Below are positions 17,892 to 27,120 of a DNA stretch of 38,714 bases, piece after piece (within the stretch, counting starts at the first letter, position 1; every line of letters begins with the position of its first letter). Location: assembly GCA_001771275.1 (NCBI GenBank), contig METE01000004.1:97073-135786 (forward strand). Reading direction: 5' to 3'. Under the pieces are notes generated by a model. That model had not been told where the DNA came from, did no database searches, and saw nothing but the letters and a program-made list of their open reading frames with translations. This DNA comes from a candidate division Kazan bacterium RIFCSPLOWO2_01_FULL_48_13 (GTDB lineage: Bacteria > Patescibacteriota > Kazan-3B-28 > UBA10110). The position numbers were made by a program, and so were the translations under genes.

Positions 17892-19661
17892 TTATCCCAG
17901 CAACTTTAAGAAGGCCTCTTGCGGGATACTCACCTGCCCCACCTGCTTCATCCGCTTCTTCCCCTTTTTCTGCTTATCCAGCAGTTTATTCTTTCGAGTA
18001 ACATCTCCCCCGTACAACTTGGCCGTAACATCTTTGCGATACGGCGCTAACTCTTCTCGGGCAATGATCTTTCCACCGATGGCTGCTTGAATAATTATCT
18101 TAAAATTCTGCCGCGGGATTAGCTCTTTTAACTTGGTGGAGATCTCTCTACCGGCCCGTTGAGCCGAGCTGCGATCCACTATTACACTTAAGGCATCGAT
18201 GACATTGCCGCCCACCAAGATATCTACCTTAACCAGATCGCCCGGCCGATACTCTAAAAATTCATAGTTCATCGAAGCATAACCGGAAGAGATGCTCTTC
18301 AACTGGTCATAAAAATCGACCACGATACTGGAGAGCGGCACTTCGTAGGTAACCAACACTCGATTCTTGTCTAAATGTTCAATATTATTTTGAATCCCCC
18401 GCCGTTCCTGGACTAATTTAAGGATCCCTCCTAAATAAGCAGTTGGCGAAATTAGCTCTAATTTTACCCATGGTTCTGCTATATGTTTAATGCGGGTAAC
18501 CTCCGGCAGTTCGGTGGGGTTGCTAATAATCTGTTCACTGCTATCCGCTAACGCTACCAGATAGCTAACGCTTGGCGTAGTGGCGATTAGATCAAGGTCG
18601 AACTCGCGCTCTAACCGCTCTTTAACTATCTCTAAATGAAGCAGACCCAAAAAACCGCACCTAAACCCAAAGCCCAAAGCCGGCGAAGTCTCCGGTTCGT
18701 AAACCAAAGACGAATCGCTTAAGGCCAGCTTGTTTAATGCTTCTCGCAGTTTTGGATAATCATTATTATCAATGGTAAAGATTCCGGCATACACAAACGG
18801 AGTTACCTTTTTATAGCCCGGCAACATCTTGGCTTTTTCGGACTTTGCATCGGTGATCGTATCGCCAACATGAACCTTGCTAACATCCCTAAGACCGGTG
18901 GCAATATAGCCGATATCGCCCGCCCTTAAGATCTCGGATTTTTTAAGCTGGGGGGCGAAGATGCCAACTTCCAACGCTTCAGACTCGGCCTTAGTCGCTA
19001 TCATTTTTATTGCTGATTCACCACGGATCTCCCCATCCATAATTCTAATGTAAGCAATTACCCCTTTGTATTTGTCAAACACCGAGTCAAAGATCAGCGC
19101 TCGCAAGGGGGCATTTGGGTCTCCTGCCGGAGCCGGTACATCCGCGATAATTTCATCTAATATTCCCTCCACATTTTCTCCGGTCTTACCGGACACGCCT
19201 AAGATATCTTCCGGCTCGATACCTAAGATATAGGCCAACTCATTTTTAGCGCCTTCAATGTTAGCGCCCGGCAGATCGATCTTGTTTACTACGGGGATAA
19301 TCGTTAACCCTTGCTCGCGAGCCAAATGCAGGTGAGCCAGTGTCTGCGCTTCGATCCCCTGGCTGGCATCCACTAATAAAATGGCGCCTTCCACGGCAGC
19401 CAGAGACCGGGACACTTCGTAGCTAAAATCTACATGGCCCGGCGTATCGATTAGATTCAAGGTATAGCCCTGATACTGCATCTTTACCGGCTGAAGCTTA
19501 ATAGTGATACCGCGCTCTCGCTCCAGATCCATCGTATCCAATAGCTGTTCTTTCATCTTGCGTTTTTCGATGGTTCCGGTCACCTCTAAAAACCGATCCG
19601 CCAGCGTACTTTTACCGTGGTCAATATGGGCTATTATACAAAAGTTTCTTATCTTCTCCAT
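17892..19661 (-). CDS. lepA: Translation elongation factor 4 (LepA)
   Basis: AHIDHGKST, DTPGH and NKID GTPase motifs plus the LepA C-terminal domain; 589 aa. Confidence 0.95.
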   Translation of the reverse strand: MEKIRNFCIIAHIDHGKSTLADRFLEVTGTIEKRKMKEQLLDTMDLERERGITIKLQPVKMQYQGYTLNLIDTPGHVDFSYEVSRSLAAVEGAILLVDASQGIEAQTLAHLHLAREQGLTIIPVVNKIDLPGANIEGAKNELAYILGIEPEDILGVSGKTGENVEGILDEIIADVPAPAGDPNAPLRALIFDSVFDKYKGVIAYIRIMDGEIRGESAIKMIATKAESEALEVGIFAPQLKKSEILRAGDIGYIATGLRDVSKVHVGDTITDAKSEKAKMLPGYKKVTPFVYAGIFTIDNNDYPKLREALNKLALSDSSLVYEPETSPALGFGFRCGFLGLLHLEIVKERLEREFDLDLIATTPSVSYLVALADSSEQIISNPTELPEVTRIKHIAEPWVKLELISPTAYLGGILKLVQERRGIQNNIEHLDKNRVLVTYEVPLSSIVVDFYDQLKSISSGYASMNYEFLEYRPGDLVKVDILVGGNVIDALSVIVDRSSAQRAGREISTKLKELIPRQNFKIIIQAAIGGKIIAREELAPYRKDVTAKLYGGDVTRKNKLLDKQKKGKKRMKQVGQVSIPQEAFLKLLG

Positions 19662-19763
19662 AGTCAGTGGTCAACTTGCCCCGTACCAATAATCCGTTGA
19701 AATTGCGGCCAAGCAATTTCCGGTTTATTTGGTATCGGGGTGTGGGCAATAATACAAAAAATT

Positions 19764-20507
19764 CTAATTTTTTTCATATTCGGTAAATCTCATCGCTAAC
19801 ACGGCCGGGAATTTAATGAGGAACAGCGGCTGATTGAATTTTTTCACATCTTGTTCAGTCAACGCTAATTCTTTAATGTTGTCTAACCTAAACCCGCCGC
19901 TTTGCGCTTGCTCGACATACCAAGATAGTGGCCGATGATAAACCGCGGTCGGACTATCGACATTAGTTAATTTGATCTTGGTCGCAAAAGGCTGGGTATA
20001 GCTATCAATTCGCACAAACGGATCCCGTCTTAACAACTTGCCTATCACGGTCTTGGCCCAATTAGCTGCCGGGCGCCGAAAGGCTGGATGAGGAATGGTA
20101 ATGATCAGGGTGCCGCCCGGCCTAATATGTGTTTTGACATTGCGCAGCGCGCCGGCTACATCTTCGACATCCTGCAGCGTCGTATTAATTATCACCGCAT
20201 CAAAATCCGTATCGGTAATGGCTATCGGCTGAGTGATATCGGCCAACACCAATTCGCCGGGAGTATTTCTGTCCCGGGCGATCCTTAGCAGCTCGCTGCT
20301 CGCATCTACCCCGGTAACCCGGCTATCTTTAAGCAGCCGGGATAGATACCCCTCGCCACATCCCAAATCCAATATTTTCTGGCCTCGCCCATTATTTGGC
20401 AGATTACCCAATATGTACGGGTTGGTCAAAGATTGCCGGAGATAGTCGCCCTGATCACCAATCACCCGACTGTAGCTAACCGCCGCTATATCCCAATCAT
20501 TCACCAT
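19764..20507 (-). CDS. Class I SAM-dependent methyltransferase
   Basis: ILDLGCGEGYLS (motif I) with downstream DAVIIN and PGGTLII motifs. Confidence 0.8.
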   Translation of the reverse strand: MVNDWDIAAVSYSRVIGDQGDYLRQSLTNPYILGNLPNNGRGQKILDLGCGEGYLSRLLKDSRVTGVDASSELLRIARDRNTPGELVLADITQPIAITDTDFDAVIINTTLQDVEDVAGALRNVKTHIRPGGTLIITIPHPAFRRPAANWAKTVIGKLLRRDPFVRIDSYTQPFATKIKLTNVDSPTAVYHRPLSWYVEQAQSGGFRLDNIKELALTEQDVKKFNQPLFLIKFPAVLAMRFTEYEKN

Positions 20508-20598
20508 AAGTCTATTCTACTAAAATGATAGGGTAGCTAAGAGAAAATGGATATTTTCTGATAGCTGCCCCGCTGAAGGCTGTCCGAAATATTCCACC

Positions 20599-20880
20599 TT
20601 AACCGACGGGCGCTGGCTCCCATTCCTGCCGCTCTTCATTAAATATTAGTCGGAGGCCGCAGTTGCCACATTCGATCATCCCGAGGTTTAGATTAGAGCG
20701 GGGGGTGGTTAAAGTAATGTGGCAATCGGGACAAATAGGCGGCAGTTCAGGTGGGTGGTGTTTGTCGGGGTCAAGTGAGGCAAAAGAGAAACGGGAAATA
20801 TATCGCTGGGAGTAGTATTTGATGTGACCATCGGGACACATCATCTCGACTAAACCCTGCCTGTCTTCACCCACTTTAGT
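20599..20880 (-). CDS. Zinc-ribbon (CPxC...CxxC) small protein, hypothetical; start uncertain (track ORF extends to 20949)
   Basis: CPDG...CPDC...CGNCG cysteine pairs. The ATG at 20880 overlaps the stop of a 30-codon upstream ORF that has a strong SD. Confidence 0.45.
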   Translation of the reverse strand, partial: TKVGEDRQGLVEMMCPDGHIKYYSQRYISRFSFASLDPDKHHPPELPPICPDCHITLTTPRSNLNLGMIECGNCGLRLIFNEERQEWEPAPVG

Positions 20881-21057
20881 CATCGATTGGCCGCAAGGAT
20901 GTCCAAACCTCCGATTCTTTCTTACCGTCTTCGGACGGCGAGGGTGCACCGACCGGGGTAGCTTTCATCAGATATCACCTCCTAAGCCACCAAATTCTGT
21001 AACTTTCTGCCGGAGAATAAAGCATAGCATAACCGGCGCCCAGAGCAAGGAAAACTA

Positions 21058-21085
21058 TTGACATCCGCCAGGGAAAGTGTAGAAT
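21058..21085 (+). promoter_or_regulatory. Sigma-70-type promoter for a small RNA and a tRNA pair
   Basis: TTGACA (21058-21063), a 16-nt spacer, then TAGAAT (21080-21085). Confidence 0.6.
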
Positions 21086-21091
21086 TGTAAT

Positions 21092-21160
21092 GTCCTGCGG
21101 GTTTCCCCCTTAGGACCTTAATAAGTAGCTAGGGCAGGAGGCCCGCAGGCACCCTTTTAC
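21092..21160 (+). ncRNA. Candidate small structured RNA, possibly a reduced SRP (4.5S-like) RNA
   Basis: It starts right after the promoter. A long hairpin is closed by cctgcggg (21094-21101) and cccgcagg (21142-21149). The apical string AGGACCUUAAUAAGUAGCUAGGGCAG resembles the 4.5S domain IV string AGGUCCGGAAGGAAGCAGCCAAGGCAG, but the apical helix and tetraloop are not canonical. Confidence 0.35.
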
Positions 21161-21250
21161 CCGTGGGGAGCATAGATTGGCAATCCTACCAACCTTTGTT
21201 TTTTGGATTTTCGTATTCACATTTTTATATTTGATTCTTGTTGGGCTGAT

Positions 21251-21323
21251 GCTGATGCGACCCGATGGTACGGGCGTTCGGCTCATAACCGAAAGGCTAT
21301 GGGTTCGAATCCCATCATCAGCA
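21251..21323 (+). tRNA. tRNA with CAU anticodon (Met or lysidine-modified Ile2); no encoded CCA
   Basis: Acceptor GCUGAUG/CAUCAGC, anticodon arm UUCGG-CUCAUAA-CCGAA, T arm AUGGG-UUCGAAU-CCCAU. The D stem is weak. Confidence 0.75.
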
Positions 21324-21330
21324 TTTTTTT

Positions 21331-21406
21331 GGCGATGTAGCTCAGAACCCGGCAGAGCGCTCGGCTCATAACCGAGAGGTCGCGGGTTCGAGTCCCGCCA
21401 TCGCCG
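21331..21406 (+). tRNA. tRNA with CAU anticodon (Met or Ile2); no encoded CCA
   Basis: Acceptor GGCGAUG/CAUCGCC, D arm GCUC...GAGC, anticodon arm CUCGG-CUCAUAA-CCGAG, T arm GCGGG-UUCGAGU-CCCGC. Confidence 0.85.
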
Positions 21407-21486
21407 TTCTTTGAAAATTCTTATTCTGTGTTATATTTTTTGGCTCTTCTGGGCGCGGAATGCGTTGAAGAGCACAGGAGTTTGAG

Positions 21487-22002
21487 ATGACAAAGCGGGT
21501 AGAATTGTTGTTCGAGTTTGAATCGGACATCTGTAAAAAATCACCCGCCGCCAAACAACCCAAGACCAACGCAACGATACCAGCCGATATGGTAATTGTA
21601 TCGATTATTCTGGCCTTGGTCTGCTCTCTTATCTTGATTTACCAGGAATCCATTCCCGGCAGATCATTTAATGGGAAGATTACACCGCCGGCGGAGATAG
21701 TCCAAGAGGGACTAATCTCGAAGGTATGGCTCTCGTCAGAAGATGACAGATACTATGTAAATGTTATCTTCTCAGCTGGTGAGCAACGGCACCGCAAGTG
21801 CACTTTAAGCACTGTGGGGCTGTATGTCTCATCCTCTGCTGAGGCCATCATCGGTCGGATCCCCACCAACCCCCGTGAAGAAAGTTGGGAGTACACGGCC
21901 ATGGATGTGGGGCTTGAAAAAGCCGATTATTGGCGCCTGCGCAAAGCAGGATGGCCAATGTTCGGCCAAAGGTCGCTGGTCATCATCTTGACCGACGACT
22001 GA
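21487..22002 (+). CDS. Hypothetical membrane-anchored protein
   Basis: 171-aa ORF with one TM segment (VIVSIILALVCSLILIY). It ends with TGA. The start is uncertain. Confidence 0.4.
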   Translation: MTKRVELLFEFESDICKKSPAAKQPKTNATIPADMVIVSIILALVCSLILIYQESIPGRSFNGKITPPAEIVQEGLISKVWLSSEDDRYYVNVIFSAGEQRHRKCTLSTVGLYVSSSAEAIIGRIPTNPREESWEYTAMDVGLEKADYWRLRKAGWPMFGQRSLVIILTDD

Positions 22003-22066
22003 CCACGAAAATCCTCCGCTTAACAACAGGTAGGGGCTCGCAGCAATGCGGGCCCTATTTTTATAC

Positions 22067-23638
22067 CTAACTATCCTCCAACAACTTAGCCGGTTTTAAA
22101 ACCATCATCACTTCCGGCAATTTCAACTTTTTAGTCACCGTTAGATAAGTCAGTCCCGCAACAACGGCGGCCACCCCGGCCTGCACGAACAGCCCCCAAA
22201 ATGTATGGGTATTAACTATCCAGCTCATCGCCTGCAGCGCGCCGTATCCTGTTGCCCCCATCGCCACTACTCCAATTACAATTTTTCCTGCCATTATCCA
22301 GAGCGGCTGCAAACTCCAACCACCCAGTCGCTTTCGCAAAATAATAAACAAGATCAGCGCGTTAATCAGCGCGGCCACCGATACCGCTAACGCCAAACCC
22401 ACCACTTTTAGATACGGAATAAATAATAGGGCGGCCCCAACATTAATAAATAAAGTCAGCACACTCGTCCAAAATGGGGTTTTGGTATCCTGCAAGGCGT
22501 AGAATGTCCGTGCCAACAACGGGATGATGGCCTGCGCCGCCATGCCAAAAGTAAAGAACGCCAAGGTGGAGATCAAAAACCGAGTATCCTCCCAGGTAAC
22601 CTGCCCAGCGCCATATGCCAACCGCACGATCTGGGCGCGCAACAGCCAATACAGCATCATCATCGGCAAGATTAGATACAGAATTTGCCGCAGCGTTCTG
22701 ATAAAATCTTCTTTAAATTCGCCTAATTTTTGCAAAGTATATTTTTCTGACAAGGTTGGAAACACCGCCACCGCAAACGAGATGCCAAAGATGCTGATCG
22801 GCAGACTCTGCAGATTATCGGCGCCGTTTAATACCGAGACGCTGCCCTTAGCTAAAAATGAGGCGATAACCGTGTTCAACAATACCGAAACCTGCTGAGC
22901 GGCGATCCCCATTGTGCGCGGGATCATTAAAGCGGCGATCCGTCTAAGCGCCGGGTGGTTAAAATTAAGGTGCATCCGATAGCGATACCCCAAAGCAAAC
23001 ACTCCCGGCAGCTGAATAATCATATGCAAGAACGCTCCCAGCACCACCCCGTAGGCCAAACCCATATAGCCAAACTGCGGCACTAAATAAATCACCCCCA
23101 AGATAATGCCAATATTGTAGAGGATCGGGGCGATAGCATAGACCAAAAAATTTTTGAACGAATTTAAAATACCGCCGGCCAAGTTGCTGAGGCCAAAGAA
23201 GAATGGCGACAGCAGCATCACCCGCATGAGATTAGTGACCATCTCGTGCTTATCGCCCACAAACCCCGGGGCCACCATTTTGGTTAGATACGGCGCAAAC
23301 ACAGCGATTAGCAGCAGCAGACTGGTTACAATCACAATCCCCAAATTAACCAGGGAATTTACCACCCCCCAGGCCTCTTCCTTGCCTTCTTTTTTTAAAT
23401 AATCCGTAAAGATCGGGATAAACGCCGACGAGAGCGCCCCCAGGATCAGCAGGTTAAAAATAAAATCCGGCACCTTAAAGGCGGCAAAGTAGGCATCCAA
23501 TACATCGCCAGCGCCAAAATGCGAGAATAGTGTCCGGTCCCGGATCAAGCCAAACACCCGGCTGACTAAAGAGGCGACTGCCAGAACTAAAGTTGCCTCA
23601 AAGATACTGGACCGGCGAGTGATTAGCTTATGAATCAT
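22067..23638 (-). CDS. murJ: Lipid II flippase MurJ (MviN family)
   Basis: 523 aa, polytopic, with an MviN-like N-terminus (SRVFGLIRDRTLFSHFGAG..DAYFAAFKVPDFIFNLL). Confidence 0.88.
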   Translation of the reverse strand: MIHKLITRRSSIFEATLVLAVASLVSRVFGLIRDRTLFSHFGAGDVLDAYFAAFKVPDFIFNLLILGALSSAFIPIFTDYLKKEGKEEAWGVVNSLVNLGIVIVTSLLLLIAVFAPYLTKMVAPGFVGDKHEMVTNLMRVMLLSPFFFGLSNLAGGILNSFKNFLVYAIAPILYNIGIILGVIYLVPQFGYMGLAYGVVLGAFLHMIIQLPGVFALGYRYRMHLNFNHPALRRIAALMIPRTMGIAAQQVSVLLNTVIASFLAKGSVSVLNGADNLQSLPISIFGISFAVAVFPTLSEKYTLQKLGEFKEDFIRTLRQILYLILPMMMLYWLLRAQIVRLAYGAGQVTWEDTRFLISTLAFFTFGMAAQAIIPLLARTFYALQDTKTPFWTSVLTLFINVGAALLFIPYLKVVGLALAVSVAALINALILFIILRKRLGGWSLQPLWIMAGKIVIGVVAMGATGYGALQAMSWIVNTHTFWGLFVQAGVAAVVAGLTYLTVTKKLKLPEVMMVLKPAKLLEDS

Positions 23639-23643
23639 CCAAT

Positions 23644-25455
23644 TTAATTATCGGTGGGGGCGGAGACTTCCGGAAAAAAGGCCTCAAAATCTTCTCGCTC
23701 GATCGTCTCGTCCTTGATCAAACGAGCCGAGATCGCATCCAATTCTTTGCGGTATTTTTTTAACACGGCCACCGCTTTGTCTTCGGCATCTTTGATCAGG
23801 ATGGCCACCTCATCATCAATCATCGCCGCCACTTTTTCGCTATAGTTCCGCTGCTCGTGGATCTCCCGGCCTAAGAACACTAATTCGTCCTGAACACCAA
23901 ATACCACTGGGCCTAATTTATCACTCATCCCAAATCTGGTTACCATCTTTCTGGCTAATTCGGTAGCGCGTTGAAGGTCGTTGGAGGCGCCAGTAGTAGT
24001 TTCTTTAAATGTTAGCATCTCCGCCACTCGGCCACCCAGCATCGCCGCCAGCTCATCAACAAACTGCGATTTGGAGTGAAGATACCGATCAGCCACTGGC
24101 ATATTCCAGGTATAACCCAGCGCCATTCCCCGCGATACCACCGAGATCTTATGCACTGGATCGCCATTTGGCAGGATGTGGGAAACAACCGCGTGGCCGG
24201 CTTCGTGATATGCCGTCACCTTTTTTTCTTGATCGCTTAAAATTTTATTGCGCCGTTCGGGACCCAGCAGCACCTTTTCTACCGCCGCCATTAAATCTTG
24301 CTGAGTAATCCGTTTACGATCAGTGCGGGCAGTCAGAATAGCCGCCTCGTTTAACAGATTCTGCAGATCGGCGCCGGTAAAACCAGGGGTCTGAGCAGCG
24401 ACGCGGCTGAGATCGACTCCCTCGTCCATTGGTTTGCCCTTGGCGTGCACATCCAAAATGGCTCCCCGGTCTTTGACATCGGGCCGTTCCAAAGTCACTC
24501 GCCGATCAAACCGGCCAGGCCGGAGCAAAGCCGGGTCCAATACATCCGGCCGGTTAGTCGCAGCGATTACAATTACATTAGTATTGGTCTCGAATCCATC
24601 CATTTCCACCAGAATTTGATTCAGGGTCTGCTCTCGTTCATCATGTCCACCACCCAGTCCGGCTCCCCGTTGCCGACCAACCGCATCGATCTCATCAATA
24701 AACACGATCGCCGGAGAGTTGCGCTTGGCTTTAGCAAACAGATCGCGTACTCGCGCGGCGCCCACGCCAACAAACATCTCCACAAACTCCGAACCCGAGA
24801 TGTTAAAGAACGGCACCCCGGCTTCGCCAGCTACCGCTTTGGCGAGTAGAGTTTTACCCGTGCCGGGAGGCCCCAGCAACAATACGCCCTTCGGGATTTT
24901 GGCGCCTAAACTTAAGAACTTGCTGGGGTATTTTAAAAACTCTACTACTTCCATTAACTCTTGCTTGGCCTCGTGCGCTCCGGCCATATCTTTAAAGGTT
25001 ATTTTATGCTTGTCGGTCGGGGTGATCCGCGCCCGACTTCGGCCAAACGATAACGCCTGGTTATTGGCTCCTTGCGCTTGGCGCAGCATAAAATATAAGA
25101 AGCCAAAGATCAGCACAAACGGCAGCAGCGAAGACAGCAAGCTTAACCAAAGCATCCCTTTCTCGGCATCCTGCACTTCGATCGTTACCTGTTTGGGATC
25201 AATGCCGGCTTCGATCAGCGAGGTACCGGTTTCTTTGCGCGAACGATACTCCGTGCCATTGCTGCCTATTACGGTCAGCTCATCGCCTTTGATAATAATC
25301 TTATCTACCCGCTTGGCAGCGACTTCTTCAATTACCTGGCTTACCGGGATCTCTTTGATCTTAGTAGTATCCACGCCAAACAGGCTGTAGAGGAGGCCCA
25401 CTACCAGCAAAATGACAATCCCGTAGCCTAAAATTCTACTATTGGTTGCTCTCAT
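23644..25455 (-). CDS. ftsH: ATP-dependent zinc metalloprotease FtsH
   Basis: Walker A GPPGTGKT, the SRH region, and the HEAGHA zinc motif; 603 aa. Confidence 0.97.
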   Translation of the reverse strand: MRATNSRILGYGIVILLVVGLLYSLFGVDTTKIKEIPVSQVIEEVAAKRVDKIIIKGDELTVIGSNGTEYRSRKETGTSLIEAGIDPKQVTIEVQDAEKGMLWLSLLSSLLPFVLIFGFLYFMLRQAQGANNQALSFGRSRARITPTDKHKITFKDMAGAHEAKQELMEVVEFLKYPSKFLSLGAKIPKGVLLLGPPGTGKTLLAKAVAGEAGVPFFNISGSEFVEMFVGVGAARVRDLFAKAKRNSPAIVFIDEIDAVGRQRGAGLGGGHDEREQTLNQILVEMDGFETNTNVIVIAATNRPDVLDPALLRPGRFDRRVTLERPDVKDRGAILDVHAKGKPMDEGVDLSRVAAQTPGFTGADLQNLLNEAAILTARTDRKRITQQDLMAAVEKVLLGPERRNKILSDQEKKVTAYHEAGHAVVSHILPNGDPVHKISVVSRGMALGYTWNMPVADRYLHSKSQFVDELAAMLGGRVAEMLTFKETTTGASNDLQRATELARKMVTRFGMSDKLGPVVFGVQDELVFLGREIHEQRNYSEKVAAMIDDEVAILIKDAEDKAVAVLKKYRKELDAISARLIKDETIEREDFEAFFPEVSAPTDN

Positions 25456-25458
25456 AAC

Positions 25459-26484
25459 TTAGCGGTCTTTTGGCTTAAATCGGCTAACACTAATCTTATC
25501 ATACGCTTTTATCAGGAACAATTTGCCCGGCAGTTGCTTATAAGAGGTCGGGTTTTTACTATTGATTACCTTGCGCATCTCGGCGATATGGATGGATTTA
25601 TAGTCCTGTCGGCTCCCGCGCACCTCACCGATCGTCCACAGCAATAACTCATTCTGGAGATAGGGGTGTAGCTTATTGAATAGGGCCAGTCTAAAACTGA
25701 CTGAGCCTCTCCCCCTCCGTAGCTTAACTACTTTCTTACTCTGAGCTAAATAAACGCCCAGCAGATCTTCTAATCCAGAGAGGTTATCAGCATTTCGCAA
25801 GATTACCTCATCGATCTGTGGGCTAACTCTTCTTAACATCGGCAAGACTTGATGGCGAATGCGATTTCTGGTGTACACTGTCTGACGATTGGTCTCATCC
25901 TCCCGATAGCCAAAATGCAGAGTTTTAGACAGCCGTTTTAAATCGGCCTTGGTTGCTCGTAATAGCGGCCGCCAGATACTGCCTTGCCACTCACTCATTC
26001 CCGATAGCCCCCGCACTCCCGCCCCGCGCAGCCAGTTCATCATAACCGTCTCCACCTGATCATCAGCCGTGTGTGCTACTACAATCGCTTTGGCGTGATA
26101 GCGCTTGGCCACCCGATGCAAAAAATCATACCGCGCTTTTCTGCCGGCCTCCTCCAAGGTCAACTTCTGCCGCTTAGCCAACGACCTAACCGTCACGCTG
26201 TTAGTCACCACCGATAATCCCAAGCGACGCCCCACATCCTTAACCCATCGCTCATCCCCAGCCGCTCGGCGGCGCAGTTGATGATTGAGATGGGCAACTA
26301 TCAGCCGCCAATCATATTTAGCCGCCAACGCAACTAACAGATACAGCAGGCTCATCGAATCAACTCCTCCCGACACCGCCACCACCAAAGCAGCTCGCCG
26401 CGGCGGGAGTTTCCCCTGTTCGATCTGGGCTAACAGTTTATCTGCCAATTGCACGCCTACATTATATAGGATGACGATAGACAA
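25459..26484 (-). CDS. tilS: tRNA(Ile)-lysidine synthase TilS
   Basis: PP-loop SGGVDS and a TilS-like body. It lies immediately upstream of ftsH, a common arrangement. Confidence 0.85.
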   Translation of the reverse strand: MSIVILYNVGVQLADKLLAQIEQGKLPPRRAALVVAVSGGVDSMSLLYLLVALAAKYDWRLIVAHLNHQLRRRAAGDERWVKDVGRRLGLSVVTNSVTVRSLAKRQKLTLEEAGRKARYDFLHRVAKRYHAKAIVVAHTADDQVETVMMNWLRGAGVRGLSGMSEWQGSIWRPLLRATKADLKRLSKTLHFGYREDETNRQTVYTRNRIRHQVLPMLRRVSPQIDEVILRNADNLSGLEDLLGVYLAQSKKVVKLRRGRGSVSFRLALFNKLHPYLQNELLLWTIGEVRGSRQDYKSIHIAEMRKVINSKNPTSYKQLPGKLFLIKAYDKISVSRFKPKDR

Positions 26485-26665
26485 ATTTTAGCTTTTGGCC
26501 TACCTTAAATTACGCTATGCTATTGAAGGAGACCTCCGGTCTAATGCCCAATATTCAATTTCCAATGGGACAACAGAAGCTATTGCTTTCCAATCATTGA
26601 ATATTAAACATTGGATGCTTGAGAATTGGATATGGGAGATTGGATATTAACGCGTAGCGTTTTAT

Positions 26666-26810
26666 GCCAGGGTAGCTTCCGCCGTCGTTCAATCTTATCG
26701 CAAATAGGTCATTAGCCTCTTGCGATATAGATATCACTATGGTGGACAGGCAGCGATAGCCTCCGGCCCAGAGGGCCTCCAGGCCCGGCGGGAGCAGTGG
26801 ACTCGCCCCG
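26666..26810 (+). pseudogene. tRNA-Met-like 5' part whose D loop is replaced by a 116-nt structured element (E1, 26678-26793)
   Basis: gccagggtagct + [tccgccg...cggcggga] + gcagtggactcg. The D stem is kept (GCUU/GAGC). It ends with ctcgccccg, which is complementary to 27017-27025. Confidence 0.5.
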
Positions 26811-26822
26811 ATTAAAAATTTT

Positions 26823-26922
26823 GCCAGGGTAGCTCAGTGGTAGAGCAGTGGGATTCACCCCGTTAGAAATTAGCCAGCGTAGCTCAGTGGTAGAGCAGTG
26901 GGATTCACCCCGTTAGAAATTA
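26823..26922 (+). repeat. Two tandem 50-nt units, each a tRNA-Met 5' half (30 nt) plus the tail attcaccccgttagaaatt
   Basis: Units are at 26823-26872 and 26873-26922. The third repeat phase starts the intact tRNA at 26923. Confidence 0.85.
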
Positions 26923-26997
26923 GCCAGCGTAGCTCAGTGGTAGAGCAGTGGACTCATAAGCCATTGGTCACAGGTTCGAATCCTGTCGCTGGCACCA
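26923..26997 (+). tRNA. tRNA-Met (CAU), CCA encoded
   Basis: Acceptor GCCAGCG/CGCUGGC, D arm GCUC-AGUGGUA-GAGC, anticodon loop CUCAUAA, T arm ACAGG-UUCGAAU-CCUGU, followed by ACCA. Confidence 0.88.
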
Positions 26998-27008
26998 AAA
27001 TTAGCTGG

Positions 27009-27066
27009 ATTTCTAACGGGGCGAGTAAGCCATTGGTCGTGAGTTCGAATCTCACCCCTGGCACCA
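27009..27066 (+). pseudogene. tRNA 3' half (anticodon loop to CCA) preceded by a 13-nt complement of the 5'-half tails
   Basis: atttctaacgggg (27009-27021) is the reverse complement of ccccgttagaaat. This is followed by cgag-taagccatt-ggtc-gtgag-ttcgaat-ctcac-ccctggc-acca. The acceptor strand pairs with gccaggg of 26666 and 26823, not with the intact tRNA. Confidence 0.6.
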
Positions 27067-27120
27067 GTAAAACAATAAAAAATATCAAATATAAAATAAA
27101 AAACCACCTCCCCCCTTGTC

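Noticed and set aside
9038-25390. Numerous long antisense ORFs inside dnaJ, dnaK, ftsH, murJ, lepA, rpoD and dnaG (for example 12005-12514, 24719-25390, 35270-35794)
   Set aside because: They overlap strongly supported conserved genes on the opposite strand and have low-complexity or repeat-like translations. They are typical shadow ORFs.
26853-26871. A UCA-anticodon (UGA-reading) suppressor tRNA formed from the 5' halves (GUGGG-AUUCA...)
   Set aside because: A UCA anticodon can only be read by assuming an arbitrary splice point. No in-frame TGA is seen in conserved genes, so there is no support for recoding.
26823-26922. Tandem 50-nt repeats that could be mistaken for a short CRISPR array
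   Set aside because: The units are contiguous with no spacers and are clearly tRNA 5' halves. No cas genes are present in the window.
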